Source: an uncultured delta proteobacterium (GTDB lineage Bacteria > Myxococcota > UBA727 > VGSZ01). Taken from it: a stretch of DNA of 64,000 nt. The notes beneath the pieces are model-generated. The model did no database searches, was not told where the DNA came from, and saw only the letters and a program-made list of their open reading frames with translations. Location of the stretch: contig CAVZJB010000007.1 in the NCBI GenBank assembly GCA_963775425.1, positions 256,001-320,000 of the forward strand, given 5' to 3'. The stretch's first letter is position 1; each line of letters begins with the position of its first letter. Shown here in pieces: positions 9,217 through 19,137 of this stretch. A program made the translations under genes and the position numbers.

Positions 9217-10833
9217 ATGCGCAGCAGAGACAGGGAGAGGGTGCTCACCGAGCTTCGCAGCCGCATCGTCGATGAGGTCGCGCACGCAAACCTCGAGGAC
9301 GTGCTGCTCGATTCGGTCTACTTCGAGGGCAAGCGCCTCAAGGAGGACCGCCACCCCGACGAGGAAGACCAGGTCTTCTGGCGCGAGGTGAGGGACGACC
9401 TGCGCCGCGCCGGCGAGCGCACGCAGATCGACGTGCTCAAGCGCGTGGTCGACCGCTACGCCGCCGAGATCTGCGGGCGCTTCGACGAGCGCGTCTACAA
9501 CGCCGTCACGCGCGCGGGCGAGCCCTTCATCGGCCTCCTCCTGAACGCGGTCTCGCCCAAGAAGATCATCGCGGAGCTGCCGCGCCTGCCGCACTTCGAC
9601 GACGCCGTGGTGCTGCAAGGGGAGACGGAGCAGACCAAGAAGCTGCGCGAGCGCGGGACGCTGGTGCTCGTCCCCACGCACGTGTCCAACATGGACTCCA
9701 TCGCGGTGGGCTACGCGCTGTGGAAGCTCGGGTTGCCGCCGTTTCTCTACGGCGCCGGCCTCAACCTCTTTCAAAACCCGATGCTCGGGTTCTTCATGCG
9801 CAACCTCGGCGCCTACACCGTCGACCGGCGCAAGCAGGATCCGCTCTACAAGCGCGTGCTCAAGGAGTACGCCGGGCTCACGCTCGAAAACGGCTACGAC
9901 AACATCTTCTTCCCCGGCGGCACCCGCTCCCGCTCCGGCGCCGTGGAGAAGAAGCTCAAGCTCGGGCTGCTCGGCACCACCGTCGGCGCCTACGTCAACA
10001 ACCTCAAGGCCAACAAGCCGCGCGAGCGCATGTTCATCGTGCCCGCCACCTTGAGCTTCCAGCTCGTGCTCGAGGCGGAGACGCTCATCGACGACTTCCT
10101 CAAGGAGGTCGGCAAGGCGCGCTACATCATCACCGACGACGAATTCTCGCGGCCGCGGCGCGTGTTCGACTTCCTCACGCAGTTGTTGTCGCTCGACAGC
10201 AAGATCTTCTTCACCGTCGGCCGCGCCATGGACCCGTTCGGCAACCTCGTCGACGACGACGGGGAGAGCCTCGATCCACGCGGCCGCCGCATCGATCCCG
10301 CGCGCTACGTCCTGCGCGACGGGCTCCCGGTGCACGACGCACAGCGCGACGCCGAGCTCACGCGCGAGGTGGGCGACCGCCTCGTCGAGGCCTACGCGCG
10401 CGACACGGTCATCCAGAGCACGCACGTCATCGCGCACGCCATGTTCAGTCTGCTGCGCCAGGCAAACAACACGGACCTGCTCCGCCTCCTGCGCGGCGGC
10501 GGCAAGGTCGACTCCGTCGAGCTGCTCGCGCTCTACGCCGAGGTGAAGCGCTTGTTGGAGGAGCTGCGCGGCCTGCACGATCGCGGCGGCGTGCGCCTCG
10601 GCCCGGTGATCTCCCGCGGCGGCGCCGAGGACGTCGTGGCCGACGGCCTGCGCCACTTCGCCATCTACCACGCGCACCCCGCGGTGACGCGTGTCGGGGA
10701 CCGCGTGACCACGGAAGACCGCGCGCTGCTCTTTTATTATTCGAACCGGCTCGAGGGGTATCGCCTCGAGCGCAACGTCGGGCTCAAGCCGCCGCTGTCG
10801 CTCGACCACCGCGCGCTCGGGAGGGGTGCATGA
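9217..10833 (+). CDS. plsB: Glycerol-3-phosphate/lysophospholipid acyltransferase (PlsB-like)
   Basis: HX4D motif PTHVSNMD, AGLNL, GAYTVDR, FFPGGTRSRSG. Confidence 0.85.
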   Translation: MRSRDRERVLTELRSRIVDEVAHANLEDVLLDSVYFEGKRLKEDRHPDEEDQVFWREVRDDLRRAGERTQIDVLKRVVDRYAAEICGRFDERVYNAVTRAGEPFIGLLLNAVSPKKIIAELPRLPHFDDAVVLQGETEQTKKLRERGTLVLVPTHVSNMDSIAVGYALWKLGLPPFLYGAGLNLFQNPMLGFFMRNLGAYTVDRRKQDPLYKRVLKEYAGLTLENGYDNIFFPGGTRSRSGAVEKKLKLGLLGTTVGAYVNNLKANKPRERMFIVPATLSFQLVLEAETLIDDFLKEVGKARYIITDDEFSRPRRVFDFLTQLLSLDSKIFFTVGRAMDPFGNLVDDDGESLDPRGRRIDPARYVLRDGLPVHDAQRDAELTREVGDRLVEAYARDTVIQSTHVIAHAMFSLLRQANNTDLLRLLRGGGKVDSVELLALYAEVKRLLEELRGLHDRGGVRLGPVISRGGAEDVVADGLRHFAIYHAHPAVTRVGDRVTTEDRALLFYYSNRLEGYRLERNVGLKPPLSLDHRALGRGA

Positions 10834-11951
10834 AGCCGCCGCCGTCTTCTTCGCGAACGTGGTCGCCGCCGTCGTCGTCGCCGAAGAAGGCCTGGCAGCC
10901 GCCGGCGGCGTCCGGCGCCGGCGCGGCCGCCGACGCGTCCCCCGGCGGCGCCGCCGCCGGGACTTCGGTGGCCACGCTCCAGGTCGCCGTCCTCGGCGCC
11001 GGCAAGGTGGGCACCGCCGTCGCCACGCTGCTCGCGCAGGCGGGCCACGACGTCGCCATCTGGGCGCGGCGCCCGCCCGCGGCGCTGGGCATCGCGCAGA
11101 ACGCGGGGCGCGACGAGCGCATCCGCGCCGCGCCCAGCATCGAGGACGCGTGCCGCGGAGCGGCGTTGGTGGCGTTCGCGGTGCCGGCGCAGGCGCTGCG
11201 CGACGTCGCGCGCGTCGCCGGCGAGGTGGCCGACGGCGGCCAGATCGCCATCCACGCCTGCCGCGGCGTCGAGGCGGGCTTCACGTTGCCTCACCAGGTG
11301 ATCCGCCAGGAGTCGTGCCTGAAGAAGATCGGCGTGCTCGGCGGCCCGCTGTATCTCGACGACGCCGTGGTGGCCGGCGTGCGCGCGCGGCCGCTGGTGG
11401 CGGTGATCGCCTCGCGCTTCGACGAGGTGCAGCGCGCGCTCAAGAAGCTCGTGCAACACACCCGCGTGCGCTTGCACGCCTCCCGCGACGTCGTCGGCGT
11501 GGAGGTGTGCGGCGCCGTCTCCAACGTCGCCCAGCTCGCCGCCGGCATCGCCGACGGCCTCGGCCTCGGGGAGACCGACCAGGGGATCCTCCTCACCCGC
11601 GGCCTGCTCGAGGCCACGCGCATCGGCGTGGCCCTCGGCGCCGACCGCAGCACCTTCGCGGGGCTCGCCGGCGTCGGCGATCTCATCCCGCGCCCGGTGA
11701 CGTCGACGCGCATGCACCGCTCCATGGGCGAACAGATCGGCGGCGGCCGCGACGCCGCCCACGCCACCGGCGCGCAGCCGGACCTCGAGGGGCTGCGCAC
11801 CGTGCGCGAGGCGCGCGGGCTCGGCGAGCGCCTGGGGCTCTCGCTCCCGCTCATCGACGCCGTCGACGACATCCTGTTCCGCGGCGCGTTCCCCGGGGCC
11901 ACGCTCGAGCGGCTCTTGTCGCTCGACCTCGACCTCGACGTGGCCGGATGA
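10830..11951 (+). CDS. gpsA: NAD(P)H-dependent glycerol-3-phosphate dehydrogenase family protein (divergent active site)
   Basis: ATGA overlap with plsB; Rossmann VAVLGAGKVGTA, AVPAQ, DVVGVE, GLAGVGDL. Confidence 0.8.
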   Translation: MKPPPSSSRTWSPPSSSPKKAWQPPAASGAGAAADASPGGAAAGTSVATLQVAVLGAGKVGTAVATLLAQAGHDVAIWARRPPAALGIAQNAGRDERIRAAPSIEDACRGAALVAFAVPAQALRDVARVAGEVADGGQIAIHACRGVEAGFTLPHQVIRQESCLKKIGVLGGPLYLDDAVVAGVRARPLVAVIASRFDEVQRALKKLVQHTRVRLHASRDVVGVEVCGAVSNVAQLAAGIADGLGLGETDQGILLTRGLLEATRIGVALGADRSTFAGLAGVGDLIPRPVTSTRMHRSMGEQIGGGRDAAHATGAQPDLEGLRTVREARGLGERLGLSLPLIDAVDDILFRGAFPGATLERLLSLDLDLDVAG

Positions 11952-12796
11952 ACGACACGGCCGCGCGGAACCTCCCCCGCGGCGCGGCGGGCGACGCCGC
12001 CACGCGCGGCGCGCGGTTCATCGACCGCAGCAACGACCGCGTCTTCCCCCCCGCCTACCAGGGCGACGTGTGCGTCTGGGACATCGACAAGACGTACCTC
12101 GACACGCGGTTCTCGTCGCTGCGCGGGCTGCTCGGCATCCCCTTCGAGCTCGCCGTCGACAAGCACGCGGTCCCGGGCGCCGTGCCGCTGCTGCGCGGGC
12201 TGCGCCACGGACCCGGCGACGACAGCGCGCTCGTGCCGCTGTACTTCATCTCGGGGAGCCCGCGGCAGATGCGGCGCGTGCTCGAGCGCAAGATGACCAT
12301 CGACGCGGTGCAGTTCGACGGCATCACGTTCAAGGATCAGCTCGGGCTTTTGAAGGCACGCCGGCCGCGGGGCATCGTCGAGCAGATCGGCTACAAGCTC
12401 GCCGCGCTCTTGCTGTACCGCAAGGAGCACCCGCCGGGCGTCCGTTACCTCCTGTTCGGTGACGACGTCGAGCGCGACGCCGAGGCCTTCTTGCTCTTCG
12501 GCGAGGTGTGCGCCGGGCTGCGCGGCCCGGCGTTGGAGACGCGGCTGCGCGCGCTCGGGGTCCACGATGAGGACGTCGATGAGTGCGTCTCGCTCGCCGA
12601 CGTCATCGCCGTCGAGAGAGACCCGGTGTCGCACGTCTTCATCCGGGAGGTGCGCGGGCACGCCGTCGGCGCCGCCGACACCCGCGTGCACCGCGCGCGC
12701 AGCTTCTTCGATCACGCGCGCACGCTCCGCGACCTCGGCAAGATCCGCGACGTCGACGTCGCCGCCGTGCGCGTCGAGGTCCTGGAGCGCCGATGA
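11948..12796 (+). CDS. HAD-superfamily phosphatase, App1/DUF2183 phosphatidate phosphatase-like
   Basis: ATGA overlap; DxDxT motif (WDIDKT), YFISGSP, LFGDDVERD. Confidence 0.7.
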   Translation: MNDTAARNLPRGAAGDAATRGARFIDRSNDRVFPPAYQGDVCVWDIDKTYLDTRFSSLRGLLGIPFELAVDKHAVPGAVPLLRGLRHGPGDDSALVPLYFISGSPRQMRRVLERKMTIDAVQFDGITFKDQLGLLKARRPRGIVEQIGYKLAALLLYRKEHPPGVRYLLFGDDVERDAEAFLLFGEVCAGLRGPALETRLRALGVHDEDVDECVSLADVIAVERDPVSHVFIREVRGHAVGAADTRVHRARSFFDHARTLRDLGKIRDVDVAAVRVEVLERR

Positions 12797-13236
12797 GGCT
12801 GCCGCGCACCACGTGGGTGCCCGGCGAGGGAGGGCGCCCCGACGACGAGTGGCTCAAGGAGGTCGACAAGGACCTCCTCGTCGACGTCGGCGCGCTGCTC
12901 TTCGAGCGTGGCCAGGGCTTCGAGGCGCATGAGGCGTGGGAGCTCGCGTGGCGCGAGGCCAAAGCCGCCGGACGTGCGGACGAGGAGCGCGTGCTGCGCG
13001 CCCTCATCAAGCTCGCGGCCGCGATGGTGAAGGTGCGCCAGCGCCTCGAGGTCGGCGTCCGCCAGCACGCCCACGGCGCCGGGGCGCTCCTCGACGAGAT
13101 CGACGCACCGGCCGTCCTCGGCTTCGACGTCGCCGCGCTGCGCGCGCTGGCCCGCCGCGTCGAGGCCGAACCGTTGCCGGCGTGCACGCCCGCCGGTGAG
13201 CCCATGTTCGGACGTCTCGCGCGCGACCGCCGTTGA
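12793..13236 (+). CDS. DUF309 family protein
   Basis: FEAHEAWE motif; ATGA overlap with the upstream gene. Confidence 0.8.
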   Translation: MRLPRTTWVPGEGGRPDDEWLKEVDKDLLVDVGALLFERGQGFEAHEAWELAWREAKAAGRADEERVLRALIKLAAAMVKVRQRLEVGVRQHAHGAGALLDEIDAPAVLGFDVAALRALARRVEAEPLPACTPAGEPMFGRLARDRR

Positions 13237-14381
13237 CGCCGAGCCGCTGCGCTACTCTCCGTGTGGTGCCTGTCGACCTCACTCCGCTGACGAACCGCGT
13301 GCGGCGGCTCCTCGTGACGAGGCACCGGCACTTCCGCGAGCTCAGCGCGTCGAGCCGGCAGCTCTGCCCGGCGGAGACCGCCGTCGCCCCGGAGGCGGTG
13401 TTCCTGAAGAGCGACCTCGACCGCGTCACCGGCGTGCAGGCGGTGACCTCGCTCGAGCACGAGATGCACCGCATCGCAGGCGGCGCCACGGAGCACCAGG
13501 CCACCGTCGCCCATCGGCTCCGCGACGTCCGGCTGCTCGACGGGCACCTCTACCGCGGGGCGATGAAGCACCGGCTGAGCAGCGCCCGCGGTCGGCTGGC
13601 GGCGCTCGGCGGGCCCGACGTCGTCGGCGCCGGCGCGCTCGCGTGCTCGCTCTACGGCAACACGTACTTTGGCCACTTCATGCGCGACGACCTCACCATG
13701 CAGCTCGCGGCGACCGAGCTCGCGGCCCCGTTCACCAGCGCGCGCGAGTCGTACACGCACGAGCCGGGCTACCGCGCCCTGTTCGAGCTGCCGGCGCACC
13801 CGCTGACCCACGCGCACTTTCGCGAGCTCGTCATCCTCGAGGACAACGGACAAAATCGATACAAGCGGCAGCGCTACCGCACGCTGCGGGAGAGGCTCGC
13901 GCGCGCCGTGAAGCCGGCGGGGGCCGCCGGCGCGTACATCCGGCGGGGCTCCTCCGGCGCCCGGCGGTTGCTCACCAACGAGCAGGCGGTGGAGGCGTTC
14001 TTCGTCGACGCCGGCTTCACCGTGGTGGATCCCGCGACCATGACGGTCGACGACATGACGGCGCGGATGGCCGGCGTGCCCATCGTCGCCGGCGTCGAGG
14101 GCAGCCAGATCGCCCACGGCTACTTCGCGATGGCCGACGACGGAGCGGTGCTCGTCCTGCAGCCGCCGTATCGCTTCAACAACGTCATCAAGGACTTCAC
14201 GGACTGCGTGGGGCTCACGTACGCGTTCGTCGTCGGGCGGGAGGACGAGGGCGGGTTCGAGATCGAGCTCGACGGGCTCGCGCGCGTCATCGACCTCCTG
14301 ACGGCCCGCCGGGAGCGGCTCGCGGCGGCGCGCCGCGGCCCCGCGCCTGTGCCGGGGTGGTCGAAGGGGACGCCTTCGTAG
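13233..14381 (+). CDS. Glycosyltransferase family 61 (DUF563)-like protein
   Basis: YFGHF, YIRR...RRLLTNE, AGVEGSQIAH motifs; start codon uncertain. Confidence 0.75.
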   Translation: MTPSRCATLRVVPVDLTPLTNRVRRLLVTRHRHFRELSASSRQLCPAETAVAPEAVFLKSDLDRVTGVQAVTSLEHEMHRIAGGATEHQATVAHRLRDVRLLDGHLYRGAMKHRLSSARGRLAALGGPDVVGAGALACSLYGNTYFGHFMRDDLTMQLAATELAAPFTSARESYTHEPGYRALFELPAHPLTHAHFRELVILEDNGQNRYKRQRYRTLRERLARAVKPAGAAGAYIRRGSSGARRLLTNEQAVEAFFVDAGFTVVDPATMTVDDMTARMAGVPIVAGVEGSQIAHGYFAMADDGAVLVLQPPYRFNNVIKDFTDCVGLTYAFVVGREDEGGFEIELDGLARVIDLLTARRERLAAARRGPAPVPGWSKGTPS

Positions 14382-14446
14382 GGGGATCGGCGCTAGATCG
14401 ATTGGGCCGCCGGCCCGTTTGCACCGGGACCCACCCTGGAGCCTCG

Positions 14447-16300
14447 ATGCGCAAGCTGTTCCCGCTCGTCCTCCTCGCGGCCGCCGTCACCGCCTGCGCC
14501 AGCGGCGCCCCGTCGGCTCCGCAGGCCGCGTCCTCGCCGCGCGCTGCACAGAGCGCGGCGACGAGCGATGCGTCCTCCGTCGCCGTCGCCGACCTTGCCA
14601 ACGGGGACATCGCCAAGCCGAACACCGCCAGGCCGGACACCGCCAGGCCGGACACCGGCAAGGCGGACACCGGCCGCGCCGTCGACCTCCTTGCCCCGCC
14701 GCCGCCGCCGACCTCCGTGCCGCGGTCGGTGCCGAGGCCCGAGGCCCAGCCGGGGCACGGCGGTGCCGCCGCCGGTCCGATGCCCATCCCGAGCGGCGCG
14801 CTCTCGCAGGAGCAGTCGAAGGCCGACCGATTGGCCTTCGATCCGGCCCCACGCGACAAGCGCCTCACCGCCACCTCGCCTGCGGACGGCTTCTTCGCCG
14901 GCCTCGAAGACGGTGACGGCGGCCACTTCGAGAGCGCCGGGGTGAACCCGCTCGTCGACGCGCGCGCGGACAACCTGTCCACCTTCGCCATCGACGTCGA
15001 CACCGGCAGCTTCACCCTGTCCCGCCGCATGCTCGAGAGCGGCGCGATGCCGAACGCCGCGGGCGTGCGGGTGGAGGAGTGGGTGAACGCGTTCCACTAC
15101 AGCTACGCCGGCCCGAGCGCCGCCGACGGCGCCACCCCCTTCGCCATCCACATCGAGGGCGCGCGGCTCGCCAAGCAGAGCAGCGTCTTGCGCATCGGCA
15201 TCCAGGGCAAGCGCATCGAGAAGGCCGACCGGGCCCCGACGCACCTCACGTTCCTCGTCGACGTCTCGGGCTCCATGCGCTCGCGCGATCGCCTCCCGCT
15301 CGCCAAGCGCGCGCTCGTGATGCTCGTGCAGCAGCTCAACGCCAAAGACAGCGTCTCGCTCGTCACCTACGCGGGCGCCACTCGCCTGGTGCTCCCGGCG
15401 ACGACGGTGGACGCGGTGAACCGTCCGCGCGTCCTTCGGGCCATCGAGGGCCTGAAAAACGGCGGCGGCACGAACATGGGCTCGGGCATGGAGCTCGCCT
15501 ACCGTGAGGCCAACAAGGCCCTGGCCGAGGACGGGATCTCGCGCGTGATCGTGCTGTCCGACGGCGACGCCAACATCGGCCACACCTCGCACGCGGAGAT
15601 CCTGCGCTCCATCAAGGGCTACGTGAGCGAAGGCGTCACGCTGTCCACCGTCGGCTTCGGCACGGGCAACTACCGCGACTCGGTGATGGAGCAGCTCGCC
15701 GACGCCGGAAACGGCAACTACAGCTACGTCGGCTCGCTCAAGGACGCCCGGAAGGTCTTCGTCGACGACCTCACCGGCACGCTCCAGGTCATCGCCAAGG
15801 ACGCCAAGATCCAGGTGGAGATGAACCCCGACGTCGTCGCCTCGTACCGCCTCATCGGGTACGAGAACCGCGACATCGCCGACCGCGACTTCAGAAACGA
15901 CAAGGTCGACGCGGGCGAGATCGGCGCCGGCCACACCGTCACGGCGCTGTACGAGGTCACCTTCCGCGCCGACGACGCCACCGGCAACATCGCGACGGTG
16001 CGCGTCCGCTACAAGCAGCCCAAGGGCGACAAGGCCTCCGAGGTGGCGGCGTCGTTCCCCGCGGAGAAGCTCGGGCACGAGGTCATGGACCTGAGCGCGG
16101 ACGGCCGCTTCGCCGTCGGCGTCGGCCTCGCCGCCGAGGTGTTCCGCCACAGCCCGCACATGGAGCGCCTGGGCATCGAGCTCGCCGACGCCGAGGCCCT
16201 CATGCGAACCGGCGCCACCGGCCCGTTCGCCTCCGAGCGCAAGGACTTCATCCGCCTCGTCGCCCCGCTCGCCGCCGGCGCCAACGTCGCCGCGCGCTGA
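14447..16300 (+). CDS. von Willebrand factor A domain lipoprotein (YfbK/DUF3520-like)
   Basis: Lipobox VTAC, STFAIDVDTGS, MIDAS DVSGSM, YRLIGYENR, DAGEIGAGHTVTALYE. Confidence 0.92.
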   Translation: MRKLFPLVLLAAAVTACASGAPSAPQAASSPRAAQSAATSDASSVAVADLANGDIAKPNTARPDTARPDTGKADTGRAVDLLAPPPPPTSVPRSVPRPEAQPGHGGAAAGPMPIPSGALSQEQSKADRLAFDPAPRDKRLTATSPADGFFAGLEDGDGGHFESAGVNPLVDARADNLSTFAIDVDTGSFTLSRRMLESGAMPNAAGVRVEEWVNAFHYSYAGPSAADGATPFAIHIEGARLAKQSSVLRIGIQGKRIEKADRAPTHLTFLVDVSGSMRSRDRLPLAKRALVMLVQQLNAKDSVSLVTYAGATRLVLPATTVDAVNRPRVLRAIEGLKNGGGTNMGSGMELAYREANKALAEDGISRVIVLSDGDANIGHTSHAEILRSIKGYVSEGVTLSTVGFGTGNYRDSVMEQLADAGNGNYSYVGSLKDARKVFVDDLTGTLQVIAKDAKIQVEMNPDVVASYRLIGYENRDIADRDFRNDKVDAGEIGAGHTVTALYEVTFRADDATGNIATVRVRYKQPKGDKASEVAASFPAEKLGHEVMDLSADGRFAVGVGLAAEVFRHSPHMERLGIELADAEALMRTGATGPFASERKDFIRLVAPLAAGANVAAR

Positions 16301-16380
16301 GCGGGCACCCCGACGCGGGGAAGGCGCCGAAGGTGCGCGGCGCAGACGTTCGCGGCGGGGCACGTCGTAACGCGGCCCGG

Positions 16381-16839
16381 TCAATCGTCGACGCTGACCT
16401 TGTCCAGGCGCGCGTCGCAGGTCTGCGTGACCTCGCCGTCCTGGTTCTTGATCTCGAGCGCGCCGGCGAGCCCGTCGGCGTCCTTGTTCAGGGCGAGCGT
16501 GAAGTCGAAGTCGCTCAGGCCCTGCGAGTTGTCGAGGACGTCGAGGTGGCCGCTGAAGCTCCCGTCGTCCTGTTGCGCCGCGTCCTGGATGGCGGCGCGC
16601 CCGGTGAGCAGGATGGGGTTTCCGAGGACGACGACCTGGTAGTCGAGGAACATCTCGCCCGAGAGCGCGCCCTGGGCGTCCTCGTCGATGATGGCGCTGA
16701 GCTTCTTGCTGTCGGCGCCGCACTCGTAGGTGCCCTTCCAGCCCCCGTCGATGTTGGGGCCGGCGGCCGCGGGGTCGGCGCCGCAGCCGGCGGCGCAGGA
16801 GGACAGGACGAAGGCGGCGAGGAAGACGCGCATGTTCAT
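16381..16839 (-). CDS. Hypothetical lipoprotein
   Basis: MNMRVFLAAFVLSSCAAGC signal/lipobox; GWKGTYEC; overlaps the crcB stop. Confidence 0.8.
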   Translation of the reverse strand: MNMRVFLAAFVLSSCAAGCGADPAAAGPNIDGGWKGTYECGADSKKLSAIIDEDAQGALSGEMFLDYQVVVLGNPILLTGRAAIQDAAQQDDGSFSGHLDVLDNSQGLSDFDFTLALNKDADGLAGALEIKNQDGEVTQTCDARLDKVSVDD

Positions 16840-17225
16840 GCCGGCGACAGCGGGCTCAGGGCGCGGCCGACGAGGATGCCGGCGACGCCCGCGAGCCCGC
16901 ACAGGACGAGGGTGGCGACGAGGTAGATCGCGGAGCTGTACGTCGAGGTGGTGCGAAACAGCGACGTGGCGTCCCAGTTGAAGCTCGAGTACGTGGTGAG
17001 CCCGCCGCAGAAGCCGATGGTGACGGCCTCGCGGAGGTCCTCGTTCATGCGCACGCCCCGGTTGAACACCTCCATGACCATCGCGAGGAGGAAGCAGCCG
17101 AGGACGTTGACGACGAGGGTGCCGAGCGGCCACTCCTTGGTCAGGAAATTGCGGGTGAAGAGACCGACCCCGTAGCGACAACTGGTCCCGAGGGCGCCGC
17201 CGAGAGCGATGTAGAGCACCCGCAT
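16836..17225 (-). CDS. crcB: Fluoride efflux channel CrcB/FluC
   Basis: GGALGTSCRY, GTLVVNVLGC, GFCGGLTTYSSF; 4 TM segments. Confidence 0.95.
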   Translation of the reverse strand: MRVLYIALGGALGTSCRYGVGLFTRNFLTKEWPLGTLVVNVLGCFLLAMVMEVFNRGVRMNEDLREAVTIGFCGGLTTYSSFNWDATSLFRTTSTYSSAIYLVATLVLCGLAGVAGILVGRALSPLSPA

Positions 17226-17289
17226 CGCCCCACTGTACCCAAAGGCCGCGGGGCGTTGCCAAACAGCGTCCAACGGGAAATCCGCGGGC

Positions 17290-18384
17290 GTGCACTCCGC
17301 TCACCGAGACCTCGCCGCCCGCTCCGTCCTCCGGGTCCCCCGGGTCGTCCCCGTCCTCCGCGTCCTCCGCGGGGCGGGGGCCTGCGCCGCCGCCCTGCTC
17401 TGCGCGCTTGCCGCGAGCGCCTGCCAGCCGGACGCCGCGCCGGCGCTCCCCTCCTTTCGCGCCGTCACGTTCAACACGGGCACCACGTCGTCGGTGACCC
17501 ACAACGCCGGGGAAAACGGCGGCTACGGCGACGACCAGGCCGGGTACTCCGACACGTACTACGGCAACGGCCTCGCCTGGGCCGCCGCCGTCGACGACGT
17601 CCACGCCTTCTTCGCCGACGCCGGCGCCGACGTCGTCGCGTTCCAGGAGATCTTCTCGAACCTCGACTGCGCCGACATCCCCGCCGAGGCGCGCGCGGGC
17701 TTCGTGTGCGAGAGCTGGCAGGAGGGCGATCCGTCCGTGGCGCAGCAGGTGCTCGGCCCCGACTACGCCGTCGCCTGCAACCTCGGAAAGCCCGACAAGT
17801 GCCTGGCGGTGAAGAAGAGCTTCGGCCACATCCGCGGCTGCGACGGCGACCTCTGCCTCGACGGCCTCGCCGGCGGCGTCGTCGACGGCTGCGGCGGCGG
17901 CTCACGCATCGGCCGCGGCGTCATCGACCTCGCCGACGGCGGCTCGCTCACCGTCGTCACCGTCCACGGCACCTCGGGCATGGCCGCCGGCGACATGGAC
18001 TGCCGCGTGAAGGAGTTCCGCCAGGTCTTCGTCGACCTCAAAGACGGCTCCGACAAGCCCGGCGCCGACGGCGCGCACAACCTCATCCTCGGCGACTTCA
18101 ACACCGACCCGGCGCGGCTCGCCGGAGCGGACCCGAGCGCCGACGAGATCGACGCGCGCGTCAACTTCGAGACGCCCTTCGACTTCATCTCGCCCATCGG
18201 CAAGGACGTCGCCCCCACGTACGCCGGCCTCGTCAACATCGACCACGTCATCAGCGACTCGCTGGTGGGCGCGTGCTTCTCGAGCGGCATCACCCCGGGG
18301 ACGCCGCCGCCGTCGGCCGTCAGCTACTTCGACCATCACCCCATGGTCTGCGACGTCGGCCCCGCCGGTGACGACGTGCCTTGA
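17290..18384 (+). CDS. Endonuclease/exonuclease/phosphatase family lipoprotein
   Basis: VTFN, DVVAFQE, ILGDFN, IDHV, FDH motifs; lipobox AASAC. Confidence 0.85.
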   Translation: MHSAHRDLAARSVLRVPRVVPVLRVLRGAGACAAALLCALAASACQPDAAPALPSFRAVTFNTGTTSSVTHNAGENGGYGDDQAGYSDTYYGNGLAWAAAVDDVHAFFADAGADVVAFQEIFSNLDCADIPAEARAGFVCESWQEGDPSVAQQVLGPDYAVACNLGKPDKCLAVKKSFGHIRGCDGDLCLDGLAGGVVDGCGGGSRIGRGVIDLADGGSLTVVTVHGTSGMAAGDMDCRVKEFRQVFVDLKDGSDKPGADGAHNLILGDFNTDPARLAGADPSADEIDARVNFETPFDFISPIGKDVAPTYAGLVNIDHVISDSLVGACFSSGITPGTPPPSAVSYFDHHPMVCDVGPAGDDVP

Positions 18385-18393
18385 GCGCGGCGG

Positions 18394-19137
18394 TCACACA
18401 TCGTGCACCCAGTACGTCACGTGCACACCCTGCTCGCAGCGCGAAAACGCGAGCGCGCCGGGCGGTGACTCTCCCCGGGCGAGCTTGAGCACCACGCGCC
18501 GCCGCGCCACGCGCGCGGCCTCGGTGAGCAGCTCCTGCGAGGCGCTGCCGCCGACGGCGAAGGCGCGCAGCAGGGCGAAGGCGGGCGCGCTCTTTTGCGC
18601 CCGCTTCATCATCGGGTCGAGGAAGACGACGTCGACGGCGTCGCTGTCCTGCTCGCGCAGCACCTCGAGCGCCCCGCCTGCGCGCAGCTCGATGTGCGCG
18701 CCGTGATCGCGGGCGAAGCGGGCGACGCCGTCTTCGAGGAGCGCGTGCAGGACCGGGCTCCCCTCCACCCCGACAACGCGGCATCCGGTGAAGGACGCCG
18801 CGTGGAGCGCGTCGTTGGCGAGGCCGAGCGTGGCGTCGAGCATCGACGCGAGCGGCTCGCCCGCGCTGATGGCCCGGATGAAGGGGTGGCGCGCGCCCTC
18901 GCCGAGCTTGGTGGCGAGCAAGCCCTCCTGCACGAAGCAACTGCGGCCGGCGTCGTCGCGCACCTCTTCGCGACGACGTCCGACGACGTACACGTAGCCG
19001 CCGCAGCCGGCCGCGAACATCTCGGCGAGCCCGCGTCGGGGCAGGACGGGCGCCGCGAAGCGCTCCGCAAGCGACCGCGCCCGCGCGAGTTGCGCGGGCG
19101 CGGGCCTTCGGCACGTGGTGACCGCGAGCGAGCTCAG
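18394..19137 (-). CDS. rsmJ: Class I SAM-dependent methyltransferase, RsmJ-like
   Basis: LDATLGLANDA, VFLDPM, RRVVLK; start uncertain, near the upstream gene's stop. Confidence 0.75.
   Translation of the reverse strand: MSSLAVTTCRRPAPAQLARARSLAERFAAPVLPRRGLAEMFAAGCGGYVYVVGRRREEVRDDAGRSCFVQEGLLATKLGEGARHPFIRAISAGEPLASMLDATLGLANDALHAASFTGCRVVGVEGSPVLHALLEDGVARFARDHGAHIELRAGGALEVLREQDSDAVDVVFLDPMMKRAQKSAPAFALLRAFAVGGSASQELLTEAARVARRRVVLKLARGESPPGALAFSRCEQGVHVTYWVHDV

Noticed and set aside
17226-17290. Fluoride riboswitch upstream of crcB
   Set aside because: Intergenic space is very short and no crcB-motif structure is evident
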